Source of the DNA: Longimicrobiales bacterium
GTDB lineage: Bacteria; Gemmatimonadota; Gemmatimonadetes; Longimicrobiales; Gaopeijiaceae
Direction of reading: 5' to 3'
Length of the DNA: 64,000 nucleotides
Assembly (NCBI GenBank): GCA_965218295.1
Contig: CBDCKN010000009.1
Span: forward strand, 352,001-416,000
The stretch's first letter is position 1, and each line of letters starts with the position of its first letter. Made by a program: the position numbers and the translations under genes. Positions 18,696-28,293 of this stretch are shown here, one piece after another. Below the pieces are notes generated by a model that was given only the letters and a program-made list of their open reading frames with translations, was not told the origin of the DNA and did no database searches.

Positions 18696-18935
18696 ATGGG
18701 AACGATCATCCTGTCGGCGCTGGTGGCCCACACGGGCTGGCACTGGATGACCGCCCGGGGTGGCGAGCTCATCCAATATCAGTTCCGCTGGCCCGCCCTC
18801 GACATGGCGCTGCTCATGAACGCTCTCGGGTGGCTGCCGCTGATCTCGGTCCTGTCAGGCGGGGGATGGCTCGTGTACGGGTTCCTCCGGCAAACCGCCG
18901 AGCAGGGAGCCGGGTCGGAGAGATTCAGTTCGTAG
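18696..18935 (+). pseudogene. C-terminal remnant of a HupE/UreJ-like membrane protein
   Basis: GTIILSALVAHTGWHWMTARG; no upstream body. Confidence 0.55.
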
Positions 18936-19094
18936 TATGGAGCGATCCAGCTCGACATCGGGATCTACACGTGATCGGGCCACTGCTTTCTCGGAATCAC
19001 CCGTGTTGCCTACGGCAGCCCGGACCGAATACGTTTGCTCCGCCATCAGAACAGGTTACGGGCCACCACCTTGCCACTCGCCAGGAGCCGCGCC

Positions 19095-19568
19095 ATGACC
19101 CCCGCGATGACGCCCAGAGCAGCCGCGTGGTCGACCGCCACAACCGTCGCCCTGATGCTCGCAGCATGTGGAGGCGCACCCGACGCGGGCGAGGCGGACA
19201 CTGCCGAGACCCAGCCGGCTCCCGCCGCTCCTTCAGTCACGATCACCCAGCCTGCCGATGACGCCGTGATAGAGGGCAGCTCGGTGCTCGTGATGCTCGA
19301 GGTCTCCGACCTGCGAATCGTCCCCGCCGGGACGCAAGAGGATGGCACGGGCCACCACCATCTGATCGTCGACACCGATCTTCCGGAGGCTGGTGTGGTC
19401 ATCCCGTCTACTCCGGGGGTCCACATCCACATGGGGGCGGCCCAGACCGAGTTCGAGCTGACCGACCTTGCGGCGGGTGAGCACACGGTCATCGCCGTGG
19501 TGGGTGACTGGGGGCACGTCCCGTTGGATCCGTGGGTGGTGGACACCATCAGGTTCGTCGTTCAGTAG
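19095..19568 (+). CDS. DUF4399 domain lipoprotein
   Basis: LAAC lipobox, TGHHHLIVD, IHMG, GEHT, GDWGH. Confidence 0.8.
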   Translation: MTPAMTPRAAAWSTATTVALMLAACGGAPDAGEADTAETQPAPAAPSVTITQPADDAVIEGSSVLVMLEVSDLRIVPAGTQEDGTGHHHLIVDTDLPEAGVVIPSTPGVHIHMGAAQTEFELTDLAAGEHTVIAVVGDWGHVPLDPWVVDTIRFVVQ

Positions 19569-19726
19569 CAGAAGGGGGGCGAGGGAGGATCACTGTCTGA
19601 ACACCGAGTAGTCATGGGCGACTTCACCCGCCTGGCAGGCACCTTGGAATTCTCCGAGGTGAATCACGAGCTCAGAGCGCCTGTAGGCCGCTGCGGGGAC
19701 CCCGCCGCCAACGTCGAGCGAGGCCC

Positions 19727-21268
19727 TCACCTCGCCGCGCTCCGCAGTCTGCCCCGGTCCACCTTTCCCAGGTGGGTCCGGGGCAGGTCGTCCATGAAGT
19801 GGATCACCCGAGGGTACTTGTGGGGCGCCAACGTCCCCTTCACGTAGAGTTGCAGCTCGGTGGCCAGGGCGTCGCTGGGCTGGCACGCGGCATTCTCCTC
19901 TCGCACGATGAACGCGTGGGGATTCGTCAGCCCGTCGGCGTCCACGACACCCACGACGGCGCAGTCGTCCACTGCAGGATGCTGCAGAAGGCAGTTCTCC
20001 ACCTCCATGGGTGACAGCCACTTCCCCGAGACTTTGAGCACGTCGTCGGAGCGACCGGCATAGGTGAAGACGCCGTCTTCGCTCCGGTTGACCATGTCGC
20101 CGGATAGGTACCACTCGCCCTGGAAAGCCTGGCGGGTCTTCTCGTCGTCCTGCCAGTAACCGATGGCCCGCGAGTCGCCCCGAACTCGTAACAGGCCCAC
20201 TTCTCCCGGAGGGAGCTCATCCCCGTCGTCATCACAGACCTTCACCTCGAATCCCGGCACCACGGTCCCGAGCGTGCCGGGGCGCACGTGGCCGGGCCGA
20301 TTGGAGAGGAAGATGTGCCACATCTCGGCGGTCCCGAGTCCGTCCAGAAGGTCGACGCCGAACATGTCGTTCCAACGACGGTGGAGTTCCACCGGGAGGG
20401 CCTCGCCCGCCGAGGTCGCCAGCCTCAGGCAGGAGAGGTCCTGAGTCTCCGCGTCCTCGTGGCTCACCATGTGGTTCACCATGGTGGGCACGTTGATCAG
20501 GATGGTGGGCCGGAAACGCCGGATCTTCTCGAAGAGGACGTCCGTCACGCAACGCTCGGGGAAGAGGACCGCCGATGCGCCCACCGAGAACGGAAAGAGG
20601 AGGTTCGATCCCGTGGCGTATCCGAAGTAGAGCTTCGGCACCGAGAGGGTGATGTCGTCCTCCGAGTATCCGAGATGTTTCTTGGCGTAGCACTCCGTGG
20701 TGTTGGCGAAGGAGCGATGGGGCTGGACGACGGCCTTCGGCTGCCCCGTGGTGCCCCCGGAGAAGAGCCAGATAGCCGGATCGTCGGGGTGCGCGGGGAA
20801 GCCTTCCAGCTCGGGGCTGGCCTGGTCCAGGGAGTCGTGGAGCTCGTCCTCACCCACGACCAGGATCCGTTCGGGGCAGGGTACCCCCCCGGCGGCTTCC
20901 ACGAACGCCTCTGCCGTGTCGTCATGGATCAGGGCCAGCGTCGCCCCGGTGTAGCGGTAGAAGTACTCGATGGCGTCGGGCTTCAGCTCCGGGTTGACCA
21001 TGACGACGACGGCGCCGATTTTGAGCACCCCGAACAGGGCCGCCACGTACTCCGGTCCGTCCGGGAGCGCGATGATGACGCGCTGCTCCGGCTCGACGCC
21101 GGCGTCCCGTAGGACGTTGCCGAAGCGGTTGGCGAGCTCTTGGACCTCGAGGTAGGTGAGGTCACCCGAATCCGTACGAAGCGCGATCCGGTCGCCCCGC
21201 CCTTCCTGGATTCGTGCATCCAGGAAGTACTCGGCGATATTGAAATCTTCGGAATACATGCCGGTCAT
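19727..21268 (-). CDS. Benzoate/2-aminobenzoate-CoA ligase family
   Basis: FSGGTTGQPK, PKLYFGYATG, SAGEALP, DGLGTAEMWHIFLSN, HKYPR. Confidence 0.85.
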   Translation of the reverse strand: MTGMYSEDFNIAEYFLDARIQEGRGDRIALRTDSGDLTYLEVQELANRFGNVLRDAGVEPEQRVIIALPDGPEYVAALFGVLKIGAVVVMVNPELKPDAIEYFYRYTGATLALIHDDTAEAFVEAAGGVPCPERILVVGEDELHDSLDQASPELEGFPAHPDDPAIWLFSGGTTGQPKAVVQPHRSFANTTECYAKKHLGYSEDDITLSVPKLYFGYATGSNLLFPFSVGASAVLFPERCVTDVLFEKIRRFRPTILINVPTMVNHMVSHEDAETQDLSCLRLATSAGEALPVELHRRWNDMFGVDLLDGLGTAEMWHIFLSNRPGHVRPGTLGTVVPGFEVKVCDDDGDELPPGEVGLLRVRGDSRAIGYWQDDEKTRQAFQGEWYLSGDMVNRSEDGVFTYAGRSDDVLKVSGKWLSPMEVENCLLQHPAVDDCAVVGVVDADGLTNPHAFIVREENAACQPSDALATELQLYVKGTLAPHKYPRVIHFMDDLPRTHLGKVDRGRLRSAAR

Positions 21269-21289
21269 GGCCCGATGATAGGAGCATCC

Positions 21290-21481
21290 ATGCCAATACG
21301 TCCACTGGCCGAGATGACCTGGGAAGAGGCCCGGGACGCACAACGAAAGGCTTGGCTCGCTCTGCTCCCCATCGGTGCGGTGGAGGCCGAAGCCGAAGCC
21401 CAGGCGAAGTGTATGCTGAACCCGAACTTCCGTGAGGCCTACGAGGCCTTCAGCGAGAAGCGTGAGGCCCGATTCGAATGA
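21290..21481 (+). pseudogene. Deletion fusion of a creatininase-family N-terminus and an enoyl-CoA hydratase C-terminus
   Basis: MPIRPLAEMTWEEA...LLPIGAVEA joined in frame to EAEAQAKCMLNPNFREAYEAFSEKREARFE. Confidence 0.7.
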
Positions 21482-22635
21482 TGCTTGATACGCAGGTCGT
21501 CCGCGCGTTCCTCGACGACGCTCACGTCGAGTGGGCCGAAGCCGTCTCGGCCTTTGCCGGGGAGAGCCTGGCCGCCCTCCGCGAGCCGTCCGACGACGAT
21601 GCCGGCCGTGCCCAGGCCCGGGGGATCCTGGCCCTGCTGGGCGCCGGCGGATGGCTGCGCTGCATCGAGGAAGAGGACCTCAGAGGCGCGTGCCTGGCCA
21701 GGGAAGCCATTGCCAGCGCCAATCCCCTGGCCGATGCGGTCTATGCCCTCCAGGGGCTCACGGCGACTCCCTTCCTGCTCGCCGACAACACCGACCAGCG
21801 CAAGGCGTGGTTACCGAAGCTTCTCGACGGCACCGCTCTGGGGGCCTTTGCGATGAGTGAGCTCGAGGCCGGTTCGGACGTAGCGGCCATGACCACCACG
21901 GCGGTCCGGGACGACGACGGATATGTGCTGAACGGGACCAAGACCCTCATCTCCAATGCCGGCATCGCCGATGTTTACGTCGTATTCGCGTCCACGGATC
22001 CGGAACGTGGGAGCCGGGGCATCTCCGCCTTCGTCGTGCCGGCGGAGACCGAGGGCTTCGAGTACGTGAAGCCGCAGGTGATGAGCTCTCCTCACCCCTT
22101 GGGGGAGGTCGCCTTCCGAGAGTGTTGGGTTCCGGAGGAGGCCCTCCTGGGTGGCGAAGGGGAGGGCTTCAAGCTGGGGATGGCGACGCTGGACCGGCTC
22201 CGTCCCACGGTGGCCGCCGCGGCGTGCGGGATGGCCGCCCGTGCCCTGGACGAGGCGGAGGCACACGCCCTTTCACGCGAGCAGTTCGGCCGGCCCCTGG
22301 CCGACTTCCAGCTGGTCCAGGCGAAGCTGGCCCGCATGGCCACGGAACTCACGGCCGCGCGTCTGCTCACGTACCGGGCAGCGTGGGAGAAGGACGGCGG
22401 CGCCGAGCGCATCACCGTGGAGGCCGCCATGGCCAAAGCCCACGCCACGGAGGCCGCACAGTGCATCGTTGACGACGCCATCCAGATCCTGGGGGGACGG
22501 GGGGTGTTGGCGGAGGCGGTAGTGGATCGGCTCTACCGGTCGGTTCGGGCGCTTCGCATCTACGAAGGAGCCACGGACATCCTGCACCTCATCATCGCCA
22601 GCCATCGCCTGAAGTCGAGGCGGGAGGGCTCTTGA
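21478..22635 (+). CDS. Acyl-CoA dehydrogenase
   Basis: AFAMSELEAGSD, LNGTKTLISNAG, REQFGRPL, IYEGAT. Confidence 0.92.
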   Translation: MMLDTQVVRAFLDDAHVEWAEAVSAFAGESLAALREPSDDDAGRAQARGILALLGAGGWLRCIEEEDLRGACLAREAIASANPLADAVYALQGLTATPFLLADNTDQRKAWLPKLLDGTALGAFAMSELEAGSDVAAMTTTAVRDDDGYVLNGTKTLISNAGIADVYVVFASTDPERGSRGISAFVVPAETEGFEYVKPQVMSSPHPLGEVAFRECWVPEEALLGGEGEGFKLGMATLDRLRPTVAAAACGMAARALDEAEAHALSREQFGRPLADFQLVQAKLARMATELTAARLLTYRAAWEKDGGAERITVEAAMAKAHATEAAQCIVDDAIQILGGRGVLAEAVVDRLYRSVRALRIYEGATDILHLIIASHRLKSRREGS

Positions 22636-22659
22636 GGTCACTCGGGATCGGTAATACCC

Positions 22660-22854
22660 GTGGATGCGCGCCGGCGTGAAGTGGTCTTCTCCGACGCCAC
22701 CATGGCGGAGCTCGAGGGGGCGGAGCCGGAGGTGTACCGCGAGATCGCGGGGGCGTTCGCCCATTGGGACGACATCGACGTCCACTACGGAGGTCGGGTC
22801 CTCGTGTCCGGCGGACACGGGTTCGCCGGCGTCTCGCGCATGAAGCTCCTCTAG
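22660..22854 (+). pseudogene. Fragment of 2-aminobenzoyl-CoA monooxygenase / salicylyl-CoA 5-hydroxylase
   Basis: VVFSDAT...FAHWDDIDVHY...SGGHGFAGVSR. Confidence 0.75.
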
Positions 22855-22984
22855 GAGCCGCTCTCGGAAGGGCCCGAGCACGACGAGAAGGGTGAAGGGA
22901 ACTGTGGCTGAGATTCCCGGGCGACTGCCGGCTTCGGCCGATCTACACGGGCTGGTTCTGCGGCGTTTGCGGCGCGCGGTGTCC

Positions 22985-23087
22985 GAACGGACTACCGGGG
23001 AAACGTGATCCGCTTCGGCCCCGCCCCGTACTTCACCGACGGCCAGTTGCGGGAGGCATGGCGGCCCTGGGGGAGGTGGCGCGCTAA
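22985..23087 (+). pseudogene. Kynureninase-like C-terminal remnant
   Basis: TDYRGNVIRFGPAPYFTDGQLREA, then MAALGEVAR* after a frameshift. Confidence 0.55.
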
Positions 23088-23980
23088 CCGGCGCTCTCCA
23101 TCCAGGCCGTCCACCAGAGATCCCGGAGCATGTTCGCTCCCGCCGCCAGGCGCTCCACGGCAAAGCGCTTGGTCTCTGCGTGAGGTCGGTCGGGGACGAA
23201 TCCGAACTCCCGCTCCAGCTCGTACAGGCGGGTCACCTTCTCGTTCGACTCGAGGAGGTAGGCCCACACCTGGTCGTGCACGTCGTCCAGGTGACGTAGC
23301 TCGGCCTGGATGAGGGGTAGTACGTCGTCCAGCTCCACGTTGGCCTGAACAAAGCCCGACTCGAACCGGGCGTGGAAGTCACGCTCCAGACTGAACCCCC
23401 GCGGGTTGGGTGCGTCCCTGGCCCAGCCGTTGAAGTGGATGGTGCTGTGGTGAGGCTGGGATCCGTCGGCCACGTAGTGACCCAGCACCCCGGCGTCGTT
23501 GATGATGCGCTGGGCGATCCAGTTGCGCTCGTCACCTTCGGCGGCCCGCCACCGCTGGAAGCCCGACTGCAGGCGTTGATAGAGCTCCAGGATCCGAAAC
23601 GGAAGAAAGCCACCGTCCCTCTGGGGCATGGTCAGGTCCGTTTGCCGGTAGAGGGTCTCGAGGTACGTGAAGCGATCGGGCGCGGTTCGTGCAGCCTCCG
23701 GTACGTTCTCCAGATCGACGTAGTGGTCGTAGCGGAAGCCCTCGTTCATCTCGGTGTTGTTGCCGTCCCGCCAGCGGTCGGGCTCGTAGTTGAGGTATGC
23801 GAGCCGATCCTCGGCCGTCCGGAAGAAATCGGGCATGCCTGTCGGCAGATCGGTGGCCGCCGCCCTGCCCGCGGTCACGTGTCCGTGTCTGCCCCAGGGC
23901 GCTGGGGTGGCCGCCAGCACGCCCCCGCACACGACCAGAGCCGCCACTCTTGTAAGCCTGCCCGCCGATGCTCCTACCAA
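23084..23980 (-). CDS. Secreted S1/P1 nuclease / Zn-phospholipase C-like protein
   Basis: Signal peptide followed by WGRHGH; PDRWR, GHYVADGSQPHH, FHARFE Zn ligands. Confidence 0.8.
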   Translation of the reverse strand: MVGASAGRLTRVAALVVCGGVLAATPAPWGRHGHVTAGRAAATDLPTGMPDFFRTAEDRLAYLNYEPDRWRDGNNTEMNEGFRYDHYVDLENVPEAARTAPDRFTYLETLYRQTDLTMPQRDGGFLPFRILELYQRLQSGFQRWRAAEGDERNWIAQRIINDAGVLGHYVADGSQPHHSTIHFNGWARDAPNPRGFSLERDFHARFESGFVQANVELDDVLPLIQAELRHLDDVHDQVWAYLLESNEKVTRLYELEREFGFVPDRPHAETKRFAVERLAAGANMLRDLWWTAWMESAG

Positions 23981-24346
23981 GTCGCTACCCTCCTCCTGTG
24001 CCTCGATCGGAATAACACGCTAACGACTTGAGACTGGCAAGGGAGGCCGGTCATCTATCGTTCTTCGGTGACGGCGCCGAACATTTTTGCCGTGAATTCC
24101 GTAGTTTCACTAGAGTACCTGGCCGGCGTGTCATGGATTCACGGACCTCCGGGATGTCCACTAGATTCTCGGGGGCGCCGCCTCGGCGAGGCCGGACGAT
24201 AATGGACGACCTTCGGCGGCGTCGGCAAGGTGCCCAGGGTCAGGCGCAGGCCGCGGAGTGACAGCACTCGTGGATCCTGGTCGCGCCGACGTGGTATCGT
24301 GTTCAAAGACGTCAGGCTTCGTGATACAGGAGATACTATTTTTTCG

Positions 24347-25147
24347 ATGACGCCCTGGGTTACCCGGTTGCTCGTCGCGAACGTGGCCGCCTTTCTGTTG
24401 GTGCAGCCGGCGACTCTCCTGTACGGTCTTCTGACGCTCTTCCCCCCGGCCGTCGTAGGACTCGACAAGTTCTACATTCCCGCGATGCCGTTCAGGCCCT
24501 GGACGCTCTTCACGTACATGTTCCTGCATGCAGGGTTTGGGCATGTCTTCTTCAACATGCTCGGGCTCTTCTTCTTCGGCCCCAGGCTCGAAGCCCGGCT
24601 GGGCACCCGTGGCTTTCTGGGGCTCTACTTTCTGAGTGGGCTCGGCGGGGCCGCGTTCTCGTTCCTCTTCTCGTTCAGCTCCCCGGTGGTGGGAGCATCG
24701 GCTGCCGTCTACGGGATCCTCGTCGGCTTCGCCATGTATTGGCCGAGGGAGAACATCTACATCTGGGGCGTCCTGCCGATCCAGGCTCGCGTGCTGGCCA
24801 TCGCCCTGATCTTCATCAGCCTCTACAGCGGTATCGCCGGGACGGGTGGCGGCGTGGCCCACTTCGCCCACCTGGGTGGCCTCGCGGTCGGGGCCGGGTA
24901 TCTCCGTTGGCGAGATTGGCATTCCGGCAAGGACCGGCGCGAGTTCAAGCGCAAGGTGCACCATACGCCCTCCCTGGACGGTTCCGACCGGGAGGCCCGG
25001 GCGCGCTGGTCTTCTATCGACCTGTCCTCCATGCACGAGCTCAATCGGAGTGAGGTGGAGGAGCTACTGGCCAGGGCGGACAGCGGGGGCTTGCAGACCC
25101 TGTCTCTGGAAGAGCGGGCGTTCCTCGACCGGATGTCGAGCGGATAG
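24347..25147 (+). CDS. Rhomboid intramembrane serine protease
   Basis: TYMFLH, HVFFNM, GASAAVYG, AHFAHLGG. Confidence 0.9.
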   Translation: MTPWVTRLLVANVAAFLLVQPATLLYGLLTLFPPAVVGLDKFYIPAMPFRPWTLFTYMFLHAGFGHVFFNMLGLFFFGPRLEARLGTRGFLGLYFLSGLGGAAFSFLFSFSSPVVGASAAVYGILVGFAMYWPRENIYIWGVLPIQARVLAIALIFISLYSGIAGTGGGVAHFAHLGGLAVGAGYLRWRDWHSGKDRREFKRKVHHTPSLDGSDREARARWSSIDLSSMHELNRSEVEELLARADSGGLQTLSLEERAFLDRMSSG

Positions 25148-25206
25148 CCGTCGGTTGGGTCTGGCCCGGCGCCGTCCTGGTCGGCGCCGGGATCGCGCTT
25201 ACCACG

Positions 25207-26441
25207 GTGGCGGGAGACGCCCCGTGGCTCGAGCAAGCCGTCAATCGATATCCGCTGGTCATCTTCGCTGGTGGCCTTCTTCTCGCGTGGCGCTTCCGGA
25301 GAAGCCGGGTCGGGGCGGCCGTCCTGGGCCTCATCCTGATGGACCGGCTCCTACGGCCGGCCGGCGTCGGGCCCACCACCATCGAGTCCACCGTCGTGGA
25401 GCCTGGGGCCGTGGGAGCTCTGCTAGTGGAGCCGGCCGCCCTCATACCCGCCGCGTTCGATCCCACCGCGGTCGACACGACCATGGGGTCGCCGTGGGGG
25501 ACTGGGGGCATCGTCCTGCTCCTCGCCCTCGGGGTCCTGGCGGTCATGAAGGACCGAGGAGTCCTCTCCGGGCTGGGTATTCTCCAGCCAGTGATGGTGG
25601 CCCTGGCCCTGGCTGCCGGGCTCGTTCTCTGGGACGTGCAGCCGGGAGCGCTCACCTGGACATGGACGCCATTTCTCCCTTGGGTTCCGGGGGGCTGGCT
25701 AGGCCTTTCCCACGGAGCCGTGGTAGTGGGGCTACTCGCGCTCCTGGTCACGCTGGGGATGGCGATCCGCCGCGACCATCCGGTGGAGAAGGGGCTCTTC
25801 TGGACGATCCTGGCGGTGCTCCTCGCCCTGGGCAGCGGGGCCGACTCCGTGGAGTCCACGGTGCACCTCACGGCAGGGGGGCTCGTTCTCGCCCTGGCCG
25901 TCGTGGAGACGTCCTACGCCATGGCCTTCCGGGACGAGCTGACCGGGCTACCCGCTCGGAGGGCACTGTGGCAGGAGATCGAATCCGCGGGACGCTCGTA
26001 TGCCGTGGCCATGGTCGACGTCGACCACTTCAAGAAGTTCAACGACCGCCACGGCCACGACGTGGGTGACCAGGTACTTCGGCTGGTGGCCTCCCAGCTC
26101 GGCAAGGTGACCGGAGGCGGTCGGGCTTTCCGCTACGGCGGAGAGGAATTCACGGTGGTGTTCCCCGGAAAGGGGCGCGAGGACGCACTCCCCCACCTCG
26201 AGGAACTGCGGGAGACGATCGAGGCCAGCCGTTTCGCCGTGCGGCGCTCCCTGCGGCCCCGGAAGGAGCCATCGGTGAAGAAGGCGAAGAAGAGGTCTCC
26301 GCGGCGTCTCTCGGTGACCGTGAGCAGAATGGGATCGCCGAGCGGACCGAGAAGGCGGCCACGGGCGAGGCGGTGGTGAAGGCGGCAGACAGGGCCCTCT
26401 ATCGGGCGAAGAAGGCGGGGCGGAACCGGGTGGCAAAGTAG
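25207..26441 (+). pseudogene. Membrane-bound GGDEF diguanylate cyclase, frameshift near the C-terminus
   Basis: DELTGL, DVDHFKKFND, RYGGEEF; GIAE...ADRALYRAKKAGRNRV* lies in another frame after ~26326; a further hydrophobic helix upstream of 25207 has no canonical start. Confidence 0.8.
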
Positions 26442-26450
26442 GCGGGCAGC

Positions 26451-27269
26451 CTACACCAGCCGCTTGTAGTCGGCCAGGTGGCGGAGGGCCTCCTTGCTTC
26501 GGCCCTGGGCCTCGTAGAGACGGGAGAGGTTGTAGTGGGCCGACGCCATGTCCGGGTCCCAGCGTAGCGCCCTCTCGTAAGCCTTGATGGCGTCGTCGAC
26601 CCGCTCCAGGTCCTCCAACGCCACACCGAGGTTGAAGGCGGCCATCGGCGATTCGGGCTCGGCGGCCAGAGCCTGGCGGTAGTGCGCCTCGGCCGACTCC
26701 ACGTCCCCGCCTTCGTGCAGCAGCCGGCCCAGGTTCAGATGCGCCCGGACGTGGCCCGGGTTGAGGGCAAGGGCTCGCCGGTAGGCGTCCGTGGCACGGT
26801 CCGTTGTAACGGGCTCCAGGTCCAGCGCCAGTTCGTACCATCCGTCGGCCGAGAGCTCGGTGGACGCCGGCTTCGCTGCCGTGGCTCGGGCAATGGGCTC
26901 GACCTTCTCGGCCAACTCCCGGACGGCGAAGTCGAGGTGGACCTGGCCCGACTGGGGGTCCCAGAGTGTCCTCTCTTCCTTCACGACCACCGTGTCCCCG
27001 TCAAACGTGATGTGGAGGGCGCTCAGCGGCCCACCCTCGGGAAGCTGCTCTCGGAGGGCATGGAGAACTTGCCGTACGCGCTGCATGGAGACGCCCGCGT
27101 CCCGGAGGTCCCGCGTGGTGCGGAGAAGGATGATGTCCGAGAAGGAGAACCGGTATTGGTTCCCAGGCCCCCTGGTCGGATCGAAGAATCCGGATCTGGC
27201 AAAGGAACGGACGCGGGCCGGGGGGATGCCGAGGATCTCGGCCACCTGCCTCGTGGTGTATCCTCTCAT
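26451..27269 (-). CDS. MerR-like HTH + tetratricopeptide repeat protein
   Basis: YTTRQVAEILG...YRFSFSDI HTH; C-terminal TPRs (AHLNLGRLLHE, AAFNLGVALED, AHYNLSRLYE). Confidence 0.85.
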   Translation of the reverse strand: MRGYTTRQVAEILGIPPARVRSFARSGFFDPTRGPGNQYRFSFSDIILLRTTRDLRDAGVSMQRVRQVLHALREQLPEGGPLSALHITFDGDTVVVKEERTLWDPQSGQVHLDFAVRELAEKVEPIARATAAKPASTELSADGWYELALDLEPVTTDRATDAYRRALALNPGHVRAHLNLGRLLHEGGDVESAEAHYRQALAAEPESPMAAFNLGVALEDLERVDDAIKAYERALRWDPDMASAHYNLSRLYEAQGRSKEALRHLADYKRLV

Positions 27270-27309
27270 CACGGGCGCGGCCGTGACGATTCCGGAGCGG
27301 TGCCGCCGG

Positions 27310-28158
27310 TCAGCCCGAGGACGCCTTCTTCCTGGTGGCGGACTTCTTCCTGCTGGATGCCTTCTTGGCCGGCATCCTCTCCTCTCCGTCATCGGCGAGG
27401 CTGGCCTTGAGGGCCGCCATCAGGTCGATGATCTGGGTCTGGGGCTCTTCGGTGACCGACGTGACGATCTCTTCGCCGTCCACCTTCTGCTGTATGAGCT
27501 CGAGCATGCGGTCACGGACCTCGTCCTTGTAGTCCGTGGCCTGGAACTCATCCGAGGACGCCTGGTTCACGAGTTGAATGGCCAGCTTCAACTCGGACTC
27601 GCTGACATCGCCCTCGTCTACCGGGACGTCGGCGAAATCCCGGACCTCATCGGCGTAGCGGAGCTGCTCCAGAAGAAGGCCCTCCCCGAAGGGCCGCACC
27701 ATGACCAGGTACTGCTTGCCGCGGGTGGCGTACTTGGCGATGGCCACACGCTCGGTTTGCTGCAGGGCCGCCGAGAGGAGCAGATACGCCCGAGCACCGC
27801 CCTTGTCGGGTCCGAGGTAGTAGGCGCGATCCAGGAACAGGCGATCCACCTGGTCAGCGGGAACGAACTCGGTGATCTGGATGGAGTCGGTCTTAGGCTG
27901 CTCTACCGCCTTCAGCTCCTCGGGCGTGAAGAGCACGTACTGACCCTTGGCGAACTCGTACCCCTTCACCATGTCTTTCCGGGGAACGATCACGTCGTCC
28001 TTCGGGCAGATGTACTGCTGCTTCACACGAGTTCCACAGTCCTTGTGGACCATGTTGAAGGAGATGCGGGACTTGGATTCCCCGGTGGCGTACAGCTTCA
28101 CCGGCACGGAGACCAGCCCGAACGAGATCGTCGAGGTGGAGATAGGACGTGCAGCCAT
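27310..28158 (-). CDS. ku: Non-homologous end joining protein Ku
   Basis: ISFGLVSVPVKLY, VKGYE, AYYLGP, IIDLMAALKASL and basic tail. Confidence 0.95.
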   Translation of the reverse strand: MAARPISTSTISFGLVSVPVKLYATGESKSRISFNMVHKDCGTRVKQQYICPKDDVIVPRKDMVKGYEFAKGQYVLFTPEELKAVEQPKTDSIQITEFVPADQVDRLFLDRAYYLGPDKGGARAYLLLSAALQQTERVAIAKYATRGKQYLVMVRPFGEGLLLEQLRYADEVRDFADVPVDEGDVSESELKLAIQLVNQASSDEFQATDYKDEVRDRMLELIQQKVDGEEIVTSVTEEPQTQIIDLMAALKASLADDGEERMPAKKASSRKKSATRKKASSG

Positions 28159-28293
28159 TGCGAAGAAACTCCCGTTACCGAGACTGAAGGGCGGAAGAAA
28201 ACATATGTTCACTGAAGGAAAGAATGCAATGAAAAGGTGGGGCGGGTGCCGGTAAGGTGGTGTCAGCCCGCCCGCCACCGCTAACGTCTCTGC

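Noticed and set aside
16427..18772. Long antisense ORFs (also 45502-47418, 51778-53817, 56802-58298, 58452-60197)
   Set aside because: Shadows of well-supported genes on the opposite strand, expected in high-GC DNA; no recognisable motifs
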